Assembly: GCA_030167865.1 (NCBI GenBank)
Contig: JALAGF010002515.1
Location: forward strand, 1 to 32,645
Direction of reading: 5' to 3'
Length of the DNA: 32,645 nt
DNA from: Craspedostauros australis
Lineage: Eukaryota
Position 1 is the stretch's first letter. Each line of letters begins with the position of its first letter. The position numbers and the translations under genes are program-made. Shown one piece after another: positions 31,706 to 32,645 of the stretch. The notes beneath the pieces were generated by a model, which saw only the letters and a list, made by a program, of their open reading frames with translations, had not been told where the DNA came from and searched no databases.

Positions 31706-31795
31706 GCAAAACCTGAGAGTTCTGTGAGTCTGATCTGCATGGTTGGTTCAGCTAAACCTGAGTGTTCTGCGAGCCTGATCTGTGCGTTCGGCACT
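31706..31795. repeat. 45-bp imperfect tandem duplication
   Basis: GCAAAACCTGAGAGTTCTGTGAGTCTGATCTG... at 31706 and GCTAAACCTGAGTGTTCTGCGAGCCTGATCTG... at 31751. Confidence 0.8.
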
Positions 31796-32645
31796 GCACA
31801 AAGACGGATTCGAACAGACATGAAGTTGAGGAGACCAAGAACAACAAGCCGTTGGTGTCAACGTGCCCGCAAATCACTCTCTCGAGACTTTCCTCGCTCC
31901 GCACTCGCAGACACATCGGAGAGAGCACAGCCATTGTCATCATAATTATCATCATAATCACAATCATCATCAACAACGTCGTGTGGGAATATTCCAATGA
32001 CACGTATACTTTGTGACCTTGAGAGTGATCAAATTGTGTCGTGAATGAATTTTGTTCCTCAATCAAATCAATCACGACTCCAAGAACCATGCGCGCCATT
32101 TTTTCAACAATGTTCCTTGTGTGTTACGTTCAATCAAAACACGGCGAAGATTCTGGATCGATCGTGGATCTGGATAACTATCGACCAACCGAGCACGACC
32201 TCGGAGTGCCATCGCAACCCAAGGGGGGGAAGGGAAAACGGCGTTTTTTTCGAATCGCGACTCAGAAAGAATAGAAAGTGGGTCCATTGTTGCCATTTTC
32301 CGAATTTTCTTGGTCTTCGTTGGAATCAGCCATTTCATAGGTTTTGCTGTTACTTTCCTCGTGTATTTGTAACTGTTCTCGGACTTGGGACAACAAGCCC
32401 ATCATCCATCTCGACTTCGTCCGCAATTTCCATCCACACTTCCACATGGTCCTCCCTGTAGCAAATAATTGTAGTCCAGCCTACCATACTGATAATGCAA
32501 GTTGCTTCTCTCTTCCTCCCCCTGCATGCAATGTACAGTGCTTTTTCTGTTGTTATTGTACCCTATAGACTATAATCCATAACTATTTGCCACAGGTGCT
32601 TGCATACCTGCGGCATTTACAACACATGAGTTATTCAGTGGTAAC

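Noticed and set aside
31196-32580. Possible terminal inverted repeats (ATTAGTCTA near 31200 vs TAGACTATAAT near 32566)
   Set aside because: The match is short and gapped, and no target-site duplication or transposase is seen.

Overview
Eukaryotic nuclear DNA, almost certainly from a diatom (stramenopile). The evidence is GT-AG introns, bipartite signal-peptide + ASA-F/W plastid-targeting presequences, compact GC3-rich genes and AT-rich pentamer-repeat spacers. About 15 protein genes can be supported: two small spliced hypothetical genes, an intronless proteobacterial-type epoxyqueuosine reductase (QueH/DUF208), a TPR protein, a family-16-like methyltransferase, a type II membrane sulfotransferase-like protein, a secreted flavoprotein, a head-to-head pair of paralogues with a domain I do not recognise (one with two UVR motifs, both ending in a plectin-repeat-like motif), eIF5B, a PAP/fibrillin, a signal-peptide STI1-like protein, a glutaredoxin-fold protein with SPFS instead of CPFC, a CHMP7-like ESCRT-III protein and a secreted CIA30-domain protein. 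The window also holds a cluster of decayed gene fragments (about 24.6-25.8 kb) and a precise two-variant 20-bp tandem array near the left edge. The best leads are the eukaryotic QueH and the divergent paralogue pair. All family assignments come from motif recognition by eye. No database searches were run, and exon models are manual predictions.
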